Source: Acidimicrobiales bacterium (GTDB lineage: Bacteria > Actinomycetota > Acidimicrobiia > Acidimicrobiales > GCA-2861595). From it: a stretch of DNA of 64,000 bases. The stretch spans positions 654 through 64,653 of the forward strand of contig DATAIT010000082.1 of the NCBI GenBank assembly GCA_036262515.1, in the 5' to 3' direction. The position numbers and the translations under genes were made by a program. Each line of letters starts with the position of its first letter. Positions within the stretch are counted from its first letter, which is position 1. Below, in pieces: positions 12,787 to 21,382 of the stretch. The notes below the pieces were generated by a model, which did not search any database, was not told where the DNA came from, and saw only the letters and a program-made list of their open reading frames with translations.

Positions 12787-13620
12787 ATGAACGCGCCGCC
12801 GGCCGCAACGGGCTCCGTGCAGGGTGTGCTCGACGCCCTCGACGAGGTCATCGCCACGGCCGTGCGCCGCAAGGACCGGGCCGGATACTTCGCCGCCATG
12901 TACCGCCAGGTGACCGCCAAGGTGGCCGAGGGCATCGCCGAGGGGTTCTTCGACGACGCCGAGCGCATGGAGCGCCTCGACGTCGTCTTCGCCACCCGGT
13001 ACCTGGCGGCCCTGGGCGAGTACCAGTCTGGCCGGCCGACGACCCGCTCGTGGGAGCTCGCCTTCGACGCCACGGCCAGCGCCCGGCCGCTCATCGTCCA
13101 GCACCTGCTCGCCGGCATGAACGCCCACATCAATCTCGATCTCGGAATCGCCGCCGCCACCACCGCCCCCGGCCGCGACCTTTCCACCCTGCGCAAGGAC
13201 TTCGACCGCATCAACGAGGTGCTGGCCCTGCTGATCGGCGGGATCGAAGGGGACATCGCGGACGTGTCGCCCTGGATCTGGTTGCTCGACAAGATCGGTG
13301 GCCGCCACGACGACGAGGTCGTGCGCTTCAGCATCGAAGTGGCTCGGACCGAGGCTTGGCGCTTCGCCGTGGAGCTCGCCCCGCTCGCCCCCGGCGACTG
13401 GCCGGGCGCCATCTCGGCGCGCGACGCCGGCGTGGCGCGGGTGGGGCGGCGCATCCTCGATCCTGGTCTGCTCGGCGCGGGCCTGCTCGTGATCCGGGCG
13501 CGGGAGAGCAACGACGTTCCCCGGGTCATCCGCGCGCTCACCGGCGTGACCGTGCCGAGCCTGCCACAGGTGGAGCGTCGCGTCCGTCTGGCCCGCAGCG
13601 AGCCGCCCGGCCCGGCCTAG
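12787..13620 (+). CDS. hypothetical protein (resembles DUF5995-type proteins from memory)
   Basis: The start was moved to ATG 12787. The upstream part of the listed ORF overlaps the yceH-like gene antisense. Contains GYFAAMYRQVTAKVAEGIAEGFFDD. Confidence 0.55.
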   Translation: MNAPPAATGSVQGVLDALDEVIATAVRRKDRAGYFAAMYRQVTAKVAEGIAEGFFDDAERMERLDVVFATRYLAALGEYQSGRPTTRSWELAFDATASARPLIVQHLLAGMNAHINLDLGIAAATTAPGRDLSTLRKDFDRINEVLALLIGGIEGDIADVSPWIWLLDKIGGRHDDEVVRFSIEVARTEAWRFAVELAPLAPGDWPGAISARDAGVARVGRRILDPGLLGAGLLVIRARESNDVPRVIRALTGVTVPSLPQVERRVRLARSEPPGPA

Positions 13621-13657
13621 TCGCCCGGCGCAGCCGGCCGGGGTCGTTCAGCGTGGC

Positions 13658-13948
13658 TCAGGACTTGGCGGCCTTCTTGGCGGGCGCCGCCTTCTTGGCT
13701 GCCCGCTTCTTTGCCGTCTTGGCCGTAGCCGCCGCCTTGCGGGCGTCGGCCCCCGCCGCCCACTCCTTGGTGGTCTGGTCCTCGAGGACGGCGTCGCCCG
13801 CCAGCGAGCGGACCGACTTGATGCCGTTCATGGCAGATGCCTTCGAGTTGTAGGCCTCGCTGGTGGCCACGACCTGGCCGTTGGTGGACAACAGCGAGAA
13901 GCGGAACTTCCCGGTGGAGCCCTTCTTGACCACGAACTTTCCTGGCAT
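13658..13948 (-). CDS. YegP/DUF1508-domain protein with Lys/Ala-rich basic C-terminal tail
   Basis: The start at MPGKFVVKKGSTGKFRFSLLSTNGQVVATSEAYNSKASAMNGIKSVR is preceded by GAGGGAGGA. The tail is KAAATAKTAKKRAAKKAAPAKKAAKS. Confidence 0.75.
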   Translation of the reverse strand: MPGKFVVKKGSTGKFRFSLLSTNGQVVATSEAYNSKASAMNGIKSVRSLAGDAVLEDQTTKEWAAGADARKAAATAKTAKKRAAKKAAPAKKAAKS

Positions 13949-14041
13949 CGATTCCTCCCTCGGTCTGGTGGCAAGAAGGTATCGAAGCGGCGCCGTCGAA
14001 CCGGTGATGGTCGCGGCGGGATCCCTACACTTTGCCGGCGC

Positions 14042-14431
14042 GTGTTCCTCTCCCTCGACTTCGTGTACGTCCCGACCGACGACGTCGACGGGGCCGTCAC
14101 GCTGTACACCGGCGTGCTGGGCGGAGCGTTGCGCTGGAAGGTCCGCGGCATGGGGACGACGGTCGCCTGCGTCACGCTCGACGACGACGGGCCGGCCATC
14201 CTGCTGTCGGGCCATCTGCACGGTGTCGCGCCCATCCTCGTGCACCGGGTCGCCGACTACGCCGCCACCGTCGCCGCGCTCCGGGCGGGCGGCGTCGACG
14301 ACATCCGCGAGCTGGAGATCCCCCACGGGCCGTGCGCCAGCTTCGGGCTCCCGGACGGACAGCGGGCGGCGGTCTACCAGCTCGTCCGCCCCGAGGCGGC
14401 TTCCTCCTTCGACGGCCGCGTCGACGAGTGA
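14042..14431 (+). CDS. VOC/glyoxalase-family protein
   Basis: 129 aa, with the fold signature LDFVYVPTDDVDGAVTLYTGVLG and a second beta-alpha-beta-beta-beta half. Confidence 0.65.
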   Translation: MFLSLDFVYVPTDDVDGAVTLYTGVLGGALRWKVRGMGTTVACVTLDDDGPAILLSGHLHGVAPILVHRVADYAATVAALRAGGVDDIRELEIPHGPCASFGLPDGQRAAVYQLVRPEAASSFDGRVDE

Positions 14432-16317
14432 CGCCTGCCGGCGACGACGTCACCGCCGCCCTCGACCGGGTGCGCCGGGCGCTGCCCGCCGGCGAAGCGC
14501 GGCCCGGCCAGGCCGCCATGGCGGAGGCGGTGGCGCGCGCCATCGATGCCAACCGTCACCTGATCGTGCAGGCCGGCACAGGCACCGGGAAGAGCCTCGG
14601 GTACCTGGTGCCGGCCGTGCTGTCCGGCAGGCGCGTCGTCGTGGCCACCGCCACCAAGGCGCTCCAGGACCAGTTGGCGGCCAAGGACCTCCCCTTCCTG
14701 GCTCGTCACCTCGGCCGCCCGTTCAGCTTCTCCGTCCTGAAGGGGCGGTCCAACTACCTGTGCCGGCAACGGGCCAACGAGGTGGCGGGCGGGGACGATC
14801 AGCTGAGCATGGACGACCTGGGCGACGACGTCGGCGCTCTCGGTCGCGAGATCGTCCGCCTGGTGGAGTGGGCCCGGACGTCGGCGACGGGCGACCGGGC
14901 CGAGCTCGACTTCGAGCCGAAGCCCCGTGCGTGGTCGGCGGTGAGCGTCAGCGCCACGGAGTGCCCCGGCGCGGCGAAGTGCCCGAGCGGCGACGAGTGC
15001 TTCGCCGAGGAGGCGCGGGCGCGGGCGGAGGCGGCCGACGTCGTGGTCGTCAACACCCACCTGTACGGCGCCCACCTGGCCAGCGGCGGCCACGTGCTGC
15101 CCGACCACGAGCTGGTCGTGTTCGACGAGGCCCACGCCCTGGAGGACGTGGCCGCCGAGAGCCTCGGGATCGAACTGGGCGCCGGCCGCCTCCGCGCGCT
15201 GTCCCGTTCCGCCCGGGCCCTGGTCGCCAAGAGCGACGCATCGGTCCTCGACGACGTCGAGGCGGCGGCCGTCCGCCTCGACGAGGCGAGCGAGGCTGTC
15301 CGCGACGCGCGCCTCCCCGACGACCTCGGCGACGACCTGGCCGGCGCCGTGGCGCTGGCCGCCGAGCGGGTGGCCCGCCTCACTGCCGTGGTGCGCGCCA
15401 GCGACGGCGACGGCCCGCGCAAGGCCCGCACCCTCCAGGCCGCCGGTCACCTCGCCGGCGACCTGCAGCTGGCGTCGCCCGTGCCCGACGGCCACGTCGC
15501 ATGGGTGGAGGGGCGCTCCGGCAGCGCCGCGCTGCGGGTCGTGCCGGTGGACGTGGGCGAGGTCCTGGCGTCCCGGTTGTGGGGCGAGGTCACGGCCGTT
15601 CTCACCAGCGCGACCATCCCGCCCCGCCTGCCGGCCCGGCTGGGCATCGAGCGCGACCGCTGCGACGAGCTCGACGTCGGCAGCCCCTTCCCCCATCGCG
15701 AGCACGGCCTGCTGTACTGCCCCGTGCACCTGCCCGAACCACGGCACCCCGATTACACCGCCGCCATGCACGACGAGCTCCACGCCCTGATCACGGCGGC
15801 CGGCGGCCGCACCCTTGCCCTGTTCACCAGCTGGCGGGTCATGCACGCGGCCGTCGACGCGCTGCGCCCGTGCCTGCCGTGGCCCGTGCTGGCCCAGGGT
15901 GACCTTCCGAAGCCGGCGCTCATCGACGCCTTCGCGTCGGACGAGCAGGCCTGCCTCTTCGCCACCATGGGCTACTGGCAGGGGATCGACGTGCCGGGCC
16001 CGTCGCTGTCGATGGTGACGATCGACCGCATACCGTTCCCCCGGCCGGACGACCCGCTCCTCCAGGCACGTCGCGAACGCGCCGGCTCCGGCGCCTTCGG
16101 CCTCGTCGACCTGCCGCGGGCCGCCACCCTCCTGGCCCAGGGCTCCGGGCGCCTCATCCGCTCCGCCACCGATCGCGGCGTCGTCGCCGTCCTCGACACC
16201 CGCCTGGCCACGGCCCGCTACCGCTGGGAGCTGGTCAACGCCCTTCCCCCCATGCGGCGCACCCGCCACCGGGCCGACGTCGAGGCCTTCCTGTCGTCCT
16301 CCCTCACTCCCGAGTAA
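14428..16317 (+). CDS. dinG: DinG/XPD-like ATP-dependent DNA helicase with Fe-S cluster domain
   Basis: The GTG start overlaps the VOC stop (GTGA). Walker A is QAGTGTGKSLGYLVPA, the DEAH box is VFDEAHAL, there is a four-Cys cluster (CRQ...ECPGAAKCPSGDEC), and the C-terminus carries GRLIRS. Confidence 0.85.
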   Translation: MTPAGDDVTAALDRVRRALPAGEARPGQAAMAEAVARAIDANRHLIVQAGTGTGKSLGYLVPAVLSGRRVVVATATKALQDQLAAKDLPFLARHLGRPFSFSVLKGRSNYLCRQRANEVAGGDDQLSMDDLGDDVGALGREIVRLVEWARTSATGDRAELDFEPKPRAWSAVSVSATECPGAAKCPSGDECFAEEARARAEAADVVVVNTHLYGAHLASGGHVLPDHELVVFDEAHALEDVAAESLGIELGAGRLRALSRSARALVAKSDASVLDDVEAAAVRLDEASEAVRDARLPDDLGDDLAGAVALAAERVARLTAVVRASDGDGPRKARTLQAAGHLAGDLQLASPVPDGHVAWVEGRSGSAALRVVPVDVGEVLASRLWGEVTAVLTSATIPPRLPARLGIERDRCDELDVGSPFPHREHGLLYCPVHLPEPRHPDYTAAMHDELHALITAAGGRTLALFTSWRVMHAAVDALRPCLPWPVLAQGDLPKPALIDAFASDEQACLFATMGYWQGIDVPGPSLSMVTIDRIPFPRPDDPLLQARRERAGSGAFGLVDLPRAATLLAQGSGRLIRSATDRGVVAVLDTRLATARYRWELVNALPPMRRTRHRADVEAFLSSSLTPE

Positions 16318-16344
16318 ATAGCTCGCCAGAATGGCGAGCTATTT
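16316..16344. repeat. palindromic element copy A (13-bp stem hairpin, terminator-like) between convergent dinG and era
   Basis: aaatagctcgcca-gaa-tggcgagctattt. The 25-nt core recurs at 31960..31984 in the opposite orientation, with 1 mismatch. Confidence 0.7.
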
Positions 16345-16365
16345 ACTCCAGACGAGCGGGAATGG

Positions 16366-17202
16366 TCAGTAGCCGAGGCGCTGGAGGGCCTTGGGGTGGC
16401 GCTGCCAGTCCTTGTCGACCTTCACGAACAGCTCGAGGTAGGCGCCCTCGTCGAGCTGGGCACGGACGCGCGTGCCCACCTCCTTGAGCACCGAGCCGCC
16501 CCTGCCGATGACGATGCCTTTCTGGGAGTCCCGTTCCACGATGATCTCGCAGCGGATGCGGGGCCACTCCCACTCGGTGACCTGGCAGGCGATGGAGTGG
16601 GGAAGCTCCTCGCGGGCGACCGCCAGCAGCTGCTCGCGCACGAGCTCGGCCACCCAGAACGCCTCGGGGACGTCGGTGACCATCTCGGGCGGGTAGTACG
16701 CCGGGCCCTCGGGCATGCGGGCCACGATCTCGTCCACCAGGACGTCGATGCCCTCGCCCGTGGCCGCCGACACCGGGAAGTAGGCGGACCGCTCGAGGTC
16801 GGAGGCGGCCGCCAGCTGGGCCAGCACCTCGACGCGCGAGGCCAGGTCGGCCTTGTTCACCACCACGATGGCGTCGGCGGGGAGGCGTGACGCCACGAAG
16901 CGGTCGCCGCCGCCCAGCGGCTGGGTGGCGTCGATCACGAACAGGGCGACATCGACGTCGTTCACCGCCGCCACGGCCGACTCGTTCAGCCGCTCGCCCA
17001 GCAACGTGCGCGGCTTGTGCACGCCCGGCGTGTCGACGAACACCACCTGGGCGTCGGGCCGGTTGAGCACGCCCCGCACCTGGTTGCGGGTCGTCTGCGG
17101 CTTGTCGGACACGATGGAGACCTTGTGGCCGAGGATGCGGTTCACGAGGGTCGACTTGCCCACGTTGGGGCGGCCGAGCACGGCCACGAAGCCGGAGCGC
17201 AC
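16366..17202 (-). CDS. era: GTPase Era
   Basis: G1 motif is GRPNVGKSTL, G3 is DTPG, G4 is NKAD, and there is a C-terminal KH domain. Confidence 0.95.
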   Translation of the reverse strand: MRSGFVAVLGRPNVGKSTLVNRILGHKVSIVSDKPQTTRNQVRGVLNRPDAQVVFVDTPGVHKPRTLLGERLNESAVAAVNDVDVALFVIDATQPLGGGDRFVASRLPADAIVVVNKADLASRVEVLAQLAAASDLERSAYFPVSAATGEGIDVLVDEIVARMPEGPAYYPPEMVTDVPEAFWVAELVREQLLAVAREELPHSIACQVTEWEWPRIRCEIIVERDSQKGIVIGRGGSVLKEVGTRVRAQLDEGAYLELFVKVDKDWQRHPKALQRLGY

Positions 17203-17217
17203 GGGCGGGCCCGCCGG

Positions 17218-18498
17218 CTACGACGACTCGGCCGACGCGGGGGCGGGAGCCTCGACCTTGGTGATGCGAACCCGTCCGATGCGGCGGCCCTGGACCCGCT
17301 CCGCCACCAGGCGGTGCCCATCGACCTCGACGGCCTCTCCCTCGGTCGGCACGTGGCCGAGCAGGTTGAACACGAGCCCGCCCACGCTGTCCCAGTCGCC
17401 GGTGGGCAGCTCGGCCTGCAGCAGCTCGTTCACCTCGTCGATGGCCATGCGGGCGTTCACTCGAACCTCGCCGTCGCCCAGCTCCTCGACGGCCGGCTCC
17501 TCAACGTCGAACTCGTCGACGATCTCGCCCACCAGCTCCTCGATGAGGTCCTCCAGCGTGACGAGGCCCGCCGTCCCGCCGTACTCGTCGACCACGAGGG
17601 CGATGTGGAACTTCTCGAGCTGCATCTCCTTCAGCAGTTCCGTGACCCGCTTGGTCTCGGGCACGAAATGGGCCTCGCGCACCAGGTTGCGGACCTCCTC
17701 GTCCCCCCTGCCCTCGCGGTCGGCCCGCACCAGGTCCTTCAGGAAGACGACGCCGATGACGTCGTCGATGCCCTGGTCGTAGGCAGGCAGGCGGGAGAAC
17801 CCGGCGGCGATCGCCACCTCGAGCACGTCGCTCACCTTGGCCTTGCCCTCGACGGCGACCATGTCGGGGCGGGGCACCATCACCTCGCGCACCACGGTGT
17901 CGCCGAACTCGATGATCGAGTGGATGAGCTGGCGCTCGTCGTGCTCGATCACCTCGTCCTCGGTGGCCACGTCGATGGTGGCGAGCAGCTCCTCCTCCGA
18001 GACGAACGGACCCTGCTTGAGGCCCTTTCCCGGCAGGATCATGTTCGAAAGCCCGATGAGTCCGCGGGCCAGCAGGCGTATCGGGGCCGGGCTGGTGATC
18101 AGCGACACGACCGGCGCGGCCAGCAGGGCGGCCCGCTCCGGGTGCTGCACGGCCCACGTCTTCGGAGCTGCCTCGGCCAGCACGAAGATGACCACCACCT
18201 CGAAGAAGATGGCGGCGATGACGCCGAGGGGCCCGAAGAGCTCGTCGGCGATGACGCCCACCAGCGTGGCCGCCACGATGTGGCACACCAACAGGAGCAG
18301 CAGCACGGGATTGAGGAACCGCTCCGGGTGCTCGATCAACCGGGCCAGGCGGGGGGCGCCGCGCCTGCCCTCCTCCTCCAGCGTCATGGCCTTGATCCGC
18401 GAGATCCGCGTGAGGCTCGTCTCGGCCATGGCGAAGAAGCCGGCCAGCAGGATCAGGGCGAAGACGACGGCCAGCATCAGGCCCTGGGAGGTCGTCAC
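17218..18498 (-). CDS. hemolysin-family/CorC-type membrane protein (DUF21 + CBS pair + CorC_HlyC)
   Basis: The GTG start overlaps the ybeY stop (GTGA). It has an N-terminal membrane domain, a CBS pair, and a C-terminal transporter-associated domain. Confidence 0.85.
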   Translation of the reverse strand: MTTSQGLMLAVVFALILLAGFFAMAETSLTRISRIKAMTLEEEGRRGAPRLARLIEHPERFLNPVLLLLLVCHIVAATLVGVIADELFGPLGVIAAIFFEVVVIFVLAEAAPKTWAVQHPERAALLAAPVVSLITSPAPIRLLARGLIGLSNMILPGKGLKQGPFVSEEELLATIDVATEDEVIEHDERQLIHSIIEFGDTVVREVMVPRPDMVAVEGKAKVSDVLEVAIAAGFSRLPAYDQGIDDVIGVVFLKDLVRADREGRGDEEVRNLVREAHFVPETKRVTELLKEMQLEKFHIALVVDEYGGTAGLVTLEDLIEELVGEIVDEFDVEEPAVEELGDGEVRVNARMAIDEVNELLQAELPTGDWDSVGGLVFNLLGHVPTEGEAVEVDGHRLVAERVQGRRIGRVRITKVEAPAPASAESS

Positions 18499-19019
18499 GC
18501 GGGCGCGTCTCCGGCCGGCGCCCGGTGGAAGCGGTCGAGCAGCTCCTGCTCCCGTCGCTCCATGGCCTGCGCCTCCTCGTCGTCCACATGGTCCATACCC
18601 ATGAGGTGCAGGATCCCGTGCACGACGAGCAGGGCCACCTCGTCGTCGAAGGAGACCTCGTGCTCGCCTGCGTTGCGCAGGGCGACCGACGGGCAGATCA
18701 CCACGTCGCCCAGCAGCGTGGGCAGCTCGGACGCCTCCACCGGCACCCACCCGGGGCCGCTCCCCCCCGAGTCGGGCGAGCGCCCGCCCTCGGCCGGCTC
18801 CTCGTCGATCGGGAAGGCCAGCACGTCGGTGGGGCCGTCCTTGCCGGCGAAGCGCTTGTTCAGGTCGGCCATGGCCTGCTCGTCCACGAACAGGACCGAC
18901 AGCTCGGCCTCGCCCTTCACGCCCTCGACCTCGAGGACCGAGCGGGCCAGGCGCACCCATCGCAGGGTGTCGATATCGTGGAGCGACTGCTCGTCGGCGG
19001 CGAAGACCTCGACGGTCAC
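18495..19019 (-). CDS. ybeY: rRNA maturation endoribonuclease YbeY
   Basis: The start was moved to GTG 19019, 4 nt after the phoH stop. The metal site is HGILHLMGMDH. Confidence 0.9.
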   Translation of the reverse strand: MTVEVFAADEQSLHDIDTLRWVRLARSVLEVEGVKGEAELSVLFVDEQAMADLNKRFAGKDGPTDVLAFPIDEEPAEGGRSPDSGGSGPGWVPVEASELPTLLGDVVICPSVALRNAGEHEVSFDDEVALLVVHGILHLMGMDHVDDEEAQAMERREQELLDRFHRAPAGDAPA

Positions 19020-19023
19020 GGCG

Positions 19024-19968
19024 TCAGCCCTCGGCCCGCTCGTAGGCGGTGACGATGTCCTGGACGATCTTGTGGCGCACCACGTCGCGCCGCGTGAGGC
19101 GCACGAAGGCCAGACCGTCGATGTCGCCAAGGATCTCCTCGAGGCCGGCCAGGCCCGACTTGCCACCGGCCACGTCGACCTGGGTGACGTCGCCGGTGAC
19201 GACGGCCCTGGACCCGAAGCCGATACGGGTGAGGAACATCTTCATCTGCTCGGGCGTGGTGTTCTGGGCCTCGTCGAGGATGATGAAGCTGCGGTTCAGG
19301 GTGCGACCGCGCATGAACGCGAGGGGCGCGACCTCGATGGCGCCCTTGTCCAGCAGGCGGGGCATGGCGTCGGTGCCGAGCATGTCGAAGAGGGCGTCGT
19401 AGAGCGGCCGCAGGTACGGATCGACCTTCTCCATCAGCGTGCCGGGGAGGAACCCCAGGCGCTCGCCCGCCTCGACGGCGGGGCGGGTGAGGATGATCCG
19501 CTCGACCTGCTTGGCCTGCAGCGCCTGCACGGCCAGGGCGACTGCGAGGTACGACTTGCCGGTCCCCGCGGGACCGATGCCGAACGTGATGACGTTGGCG
19601 GCGATGGCGTCGGCGTACGCCTTCTGGCCGGCCGTTTTGGGGCGCACGGTCCGGCCCCGCGCCGAGCGCAGGACCTCGGCGGTGAGCACCTCGGACGGCC
19701 GTTCGTCGGCCTTCACCATGTCGATGGTGCGGGCCACGTTCACCAGGTCCAGGAGGTGGCCCTGCTCGAGGAGCACGAGCAGCTCGTTGAACAGCCGGCC
19801 GACGCGCTCCGCCTCATCGCCGTCGATGCTGATCTCGTTGCCCCGGGCGTGGATCGTGGTGCCGCCGAACGAATCCTCCACCAGTCGCAGCAACTCGTCA
19901 CGCTGGCCGAGAAGGCCGACCATGAGGTGGTTGCCGGGGACGAGGATCTTGACGGAGGTGGCAGACAA
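19024..19968 (-). CDS. phoH: PhoH-like ATPase
   Basis: Walker A is [13 protein letters not shown], Walker B is FIILDEAQN, and [10 protein letters not shown] is present. Confidence 0.9.
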   Translation of the reverse strand: MSATSVKILVPGNHLMVGLLGQRDELLRLVEDSFGGTTIHARGNEISIDGDEAERVGRLFNELLVLLEQGHLLDLVNVARTIDMVKADERPSEVLTAEVLRSARGRTVRPKTAGQKAYADAIAANVITFGIGPAGTGKSYLAVALAVQALQAKQVERIILTRPAVEAGERLGFLPGTLMEKVDPYLRPLYDALFDMLGTDAMPRLLDKGAIEVAPLAFMRGRTLNRSFIILDEAQNTTPEQMKMFLTRIGFGSRAVVTGDVTQVDVAGGKSGLAGLEEILGDIDGLAFVRLTRRDVVRHKIVQDIVTAYERAEG

Positions 19969-19992
19969 CGGAACTCGGAGGACAAGCGTACG

Positions 19993-20388
19993 TCAGCCCG
20001 GCGGCCAATCGAGCCGCCGGCCCCCGAGCAGATGGAGGTGGAGGTGCCCGACGCTGTTGAGGGCGTCGTCGCCGACGTTGAACACGAGGCGGTACCCGGT
20101 GGCGTCGACGCCCTCGGTCCGGGCCACCTCGCGCGCTGCCGCGAACATCTCGGCCAGCGTGGCCGCGTCGGACGGGTCGCCACCGAGTGTGCCGGCATGG
20201 TCGATGTGGCGTCTCGGCACGATGAGCACATGGGTCGGAGCCGCCGGTGCGATGTCGCGGAATGCGTACGTGCCGTCGGTGGACGCAACCTCCTCGGACG
20301 GCACCTCGCCGGCCACGATCTTGCAGAACAGGCAATCGGGTGGCACCAGCGCGACGCTAGCCCCGCGGGAACGAAAGCCGAGTGACAT
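19993..20388 (-). CDS. HIT-family (histidine triad) protein
   Basis: Contains DCLFCKIVAGEVP and the triad HLHLHLL. An alternative start at GTG 20346 is equally plausible and would leave a more normal divergent intergenic region. Confidence 0.85.
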   Translation of the reverse strand: MSLGFRSRGASVALVPPDCLFCKIVAGEVPSEEVASTDGTYAFRDIAPAAPTHVLIVPRRHIDHAGTLGGDPSDAATLAEMFAAAREVARTEGVDATGYRLVFNVGDDALNSVGHLHLHLLGGRRLDWPPG

Positions 20389-20400
20389 AGCGTCGGATCG

Positions 20401-20958
20401 ATGGACGACGTGGACGGCCTGCTGGCGGATCTGGCCCGCTGGACGGCCGACGAGCGTGCGGGCGACGCGGCCCGGTCCCGGATCCGGGAGCGGTGGTTGC
20501 GGCAGCAGGCCGAGGAGGACGCACGCTTCGCGGGAGTGGCGCTGGACCTGTCCGAGGCGGGTGCCGGCGTGGCGCTCGGCCTCACCAGCGGCCGCACGCT
20601 GCACGGTCGCATCGCCACCGTGGCCAGGGATTTCTGCGTGCTGCGCCACGACGGCGGCACCGCCACCCTGCTGGCCTTCGACGCCATCGCCACCGTGCGC
20701 CCCGAGCCCGGCTATCGCGCCGGGCAGGCGGCGTCGGAGCGGGTGGCGACGGTGGAAGCGGGGTTGGCGGACGTGCTGGCGGGACTGGCGGGCGAGCGCC
20801 CGCGCGTCCGCATCGTGCTGCACGGCGGATGCGAGGCGCTGGCCGGCCAGCTCCGCTCGGTGGGCGCCGACGTGGCCACGCTGCGCCTCGACGGCGAGCG
20901 GGCGGGCACGGTGTACGTACGGCTCGGCGCCGTGTTGGAGGTAACGCTCCTGGGCTGA
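20401..20958 (+). CDS. hypothetical protein
   Basis: 185-aa ORF with coding-like GC3, divergent from the HIT gene. I recognise no motif in it. Confidence 0.5.
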   Translation: MDDVDGLLADLARWTADERAGDAARSRIRERWLRQQAEEDARFAGVALDLSEAGAGVALGLTSGRTLHGRIATVARDFCVLRHDGGTATLLAFDAIATVRPEPGYRAGQAASERVATVEAGLADVLAGLAGERPRVRIVLHGGCEALAGQLRSVGADVATLRLDGERAGTVYVRLGAVLEVTLLG

Positions 20959-20993
20959 GGGCCGGGGCGCCGGCTTCGGCCGTTCTGGGTGCG

Positions 20994-21019
20994 GAAATCG
21001 ACCGGTGGCGGTCGGTTTC
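20994..21019. terminator. hairpin between convergent genes
   Basis: gaaatcgaccg-gtgg-cggtcggtttc gives 11 bp including one G-U pair. A second short GC hairpin follows. Confidence 0.35.
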
Positions 21020-21044
21020 GGTCCCAGAAGGGGCCGACCCCTCC

Positions 21045-21284
21045 TCAGCGCGTGGCTTCCTTCTTGGGCTCCGGGTAGAGGTGTTCGAGGGCCCCGGGCT
21101 CGATGCGGGCGCCCTCGAGAAAGGCGTCGACGTCCTGTTCCTTCAGGCGGATGACCCGGCCCAGCTTGTACGCGGCGATCTGGCCCTCGTCGATGAAGCG
21201 GTACAGCGTCCGCAGCGTGACGCCGAGCCGCTGGGCGGTCTCGCGCGTGCTCATCCACCGGATCTGATCTGCCATGACGGGCAT
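21045..21284 (-). CDS. small excisionase/MerR-type helix-turn-helix DNA-binding protein (BldC-like architecture)
   Basis: 79 aa. MSTRETAQRLGVTLRTLYRFIDEGQIAAYKLGRVIRLKEQDVDAFL matches the excisionase-family HTH pattern. There is no effector domain. Confidence 0.75.
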   Translation of the reverse strand: MPVMADQIRWMSTRETAQRLGVTLRTLYRFIDEGQIAAYKLGRVIRLKEQDVDAFLEGARIEPGALEHLYPEPKKEATR

Positions 21285-21382
21285 CGTAGTCTCTACGACG
21301 CTTCTTGGCTACCCTCATGGCGTCTCGTGCAGAGGAGTGGTCGGGTCGAGGTCGGGGCCCGCAGGGCCGGAAGGGAGGGGTG

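Noticed and set aside
17017-20385. 1122-aa plus-strand ORF.
   Set aside because: It is antisense to the era, CorC, ybeY, phoH and HIT genes, all of which are well supported. Its composition is low-complexity.
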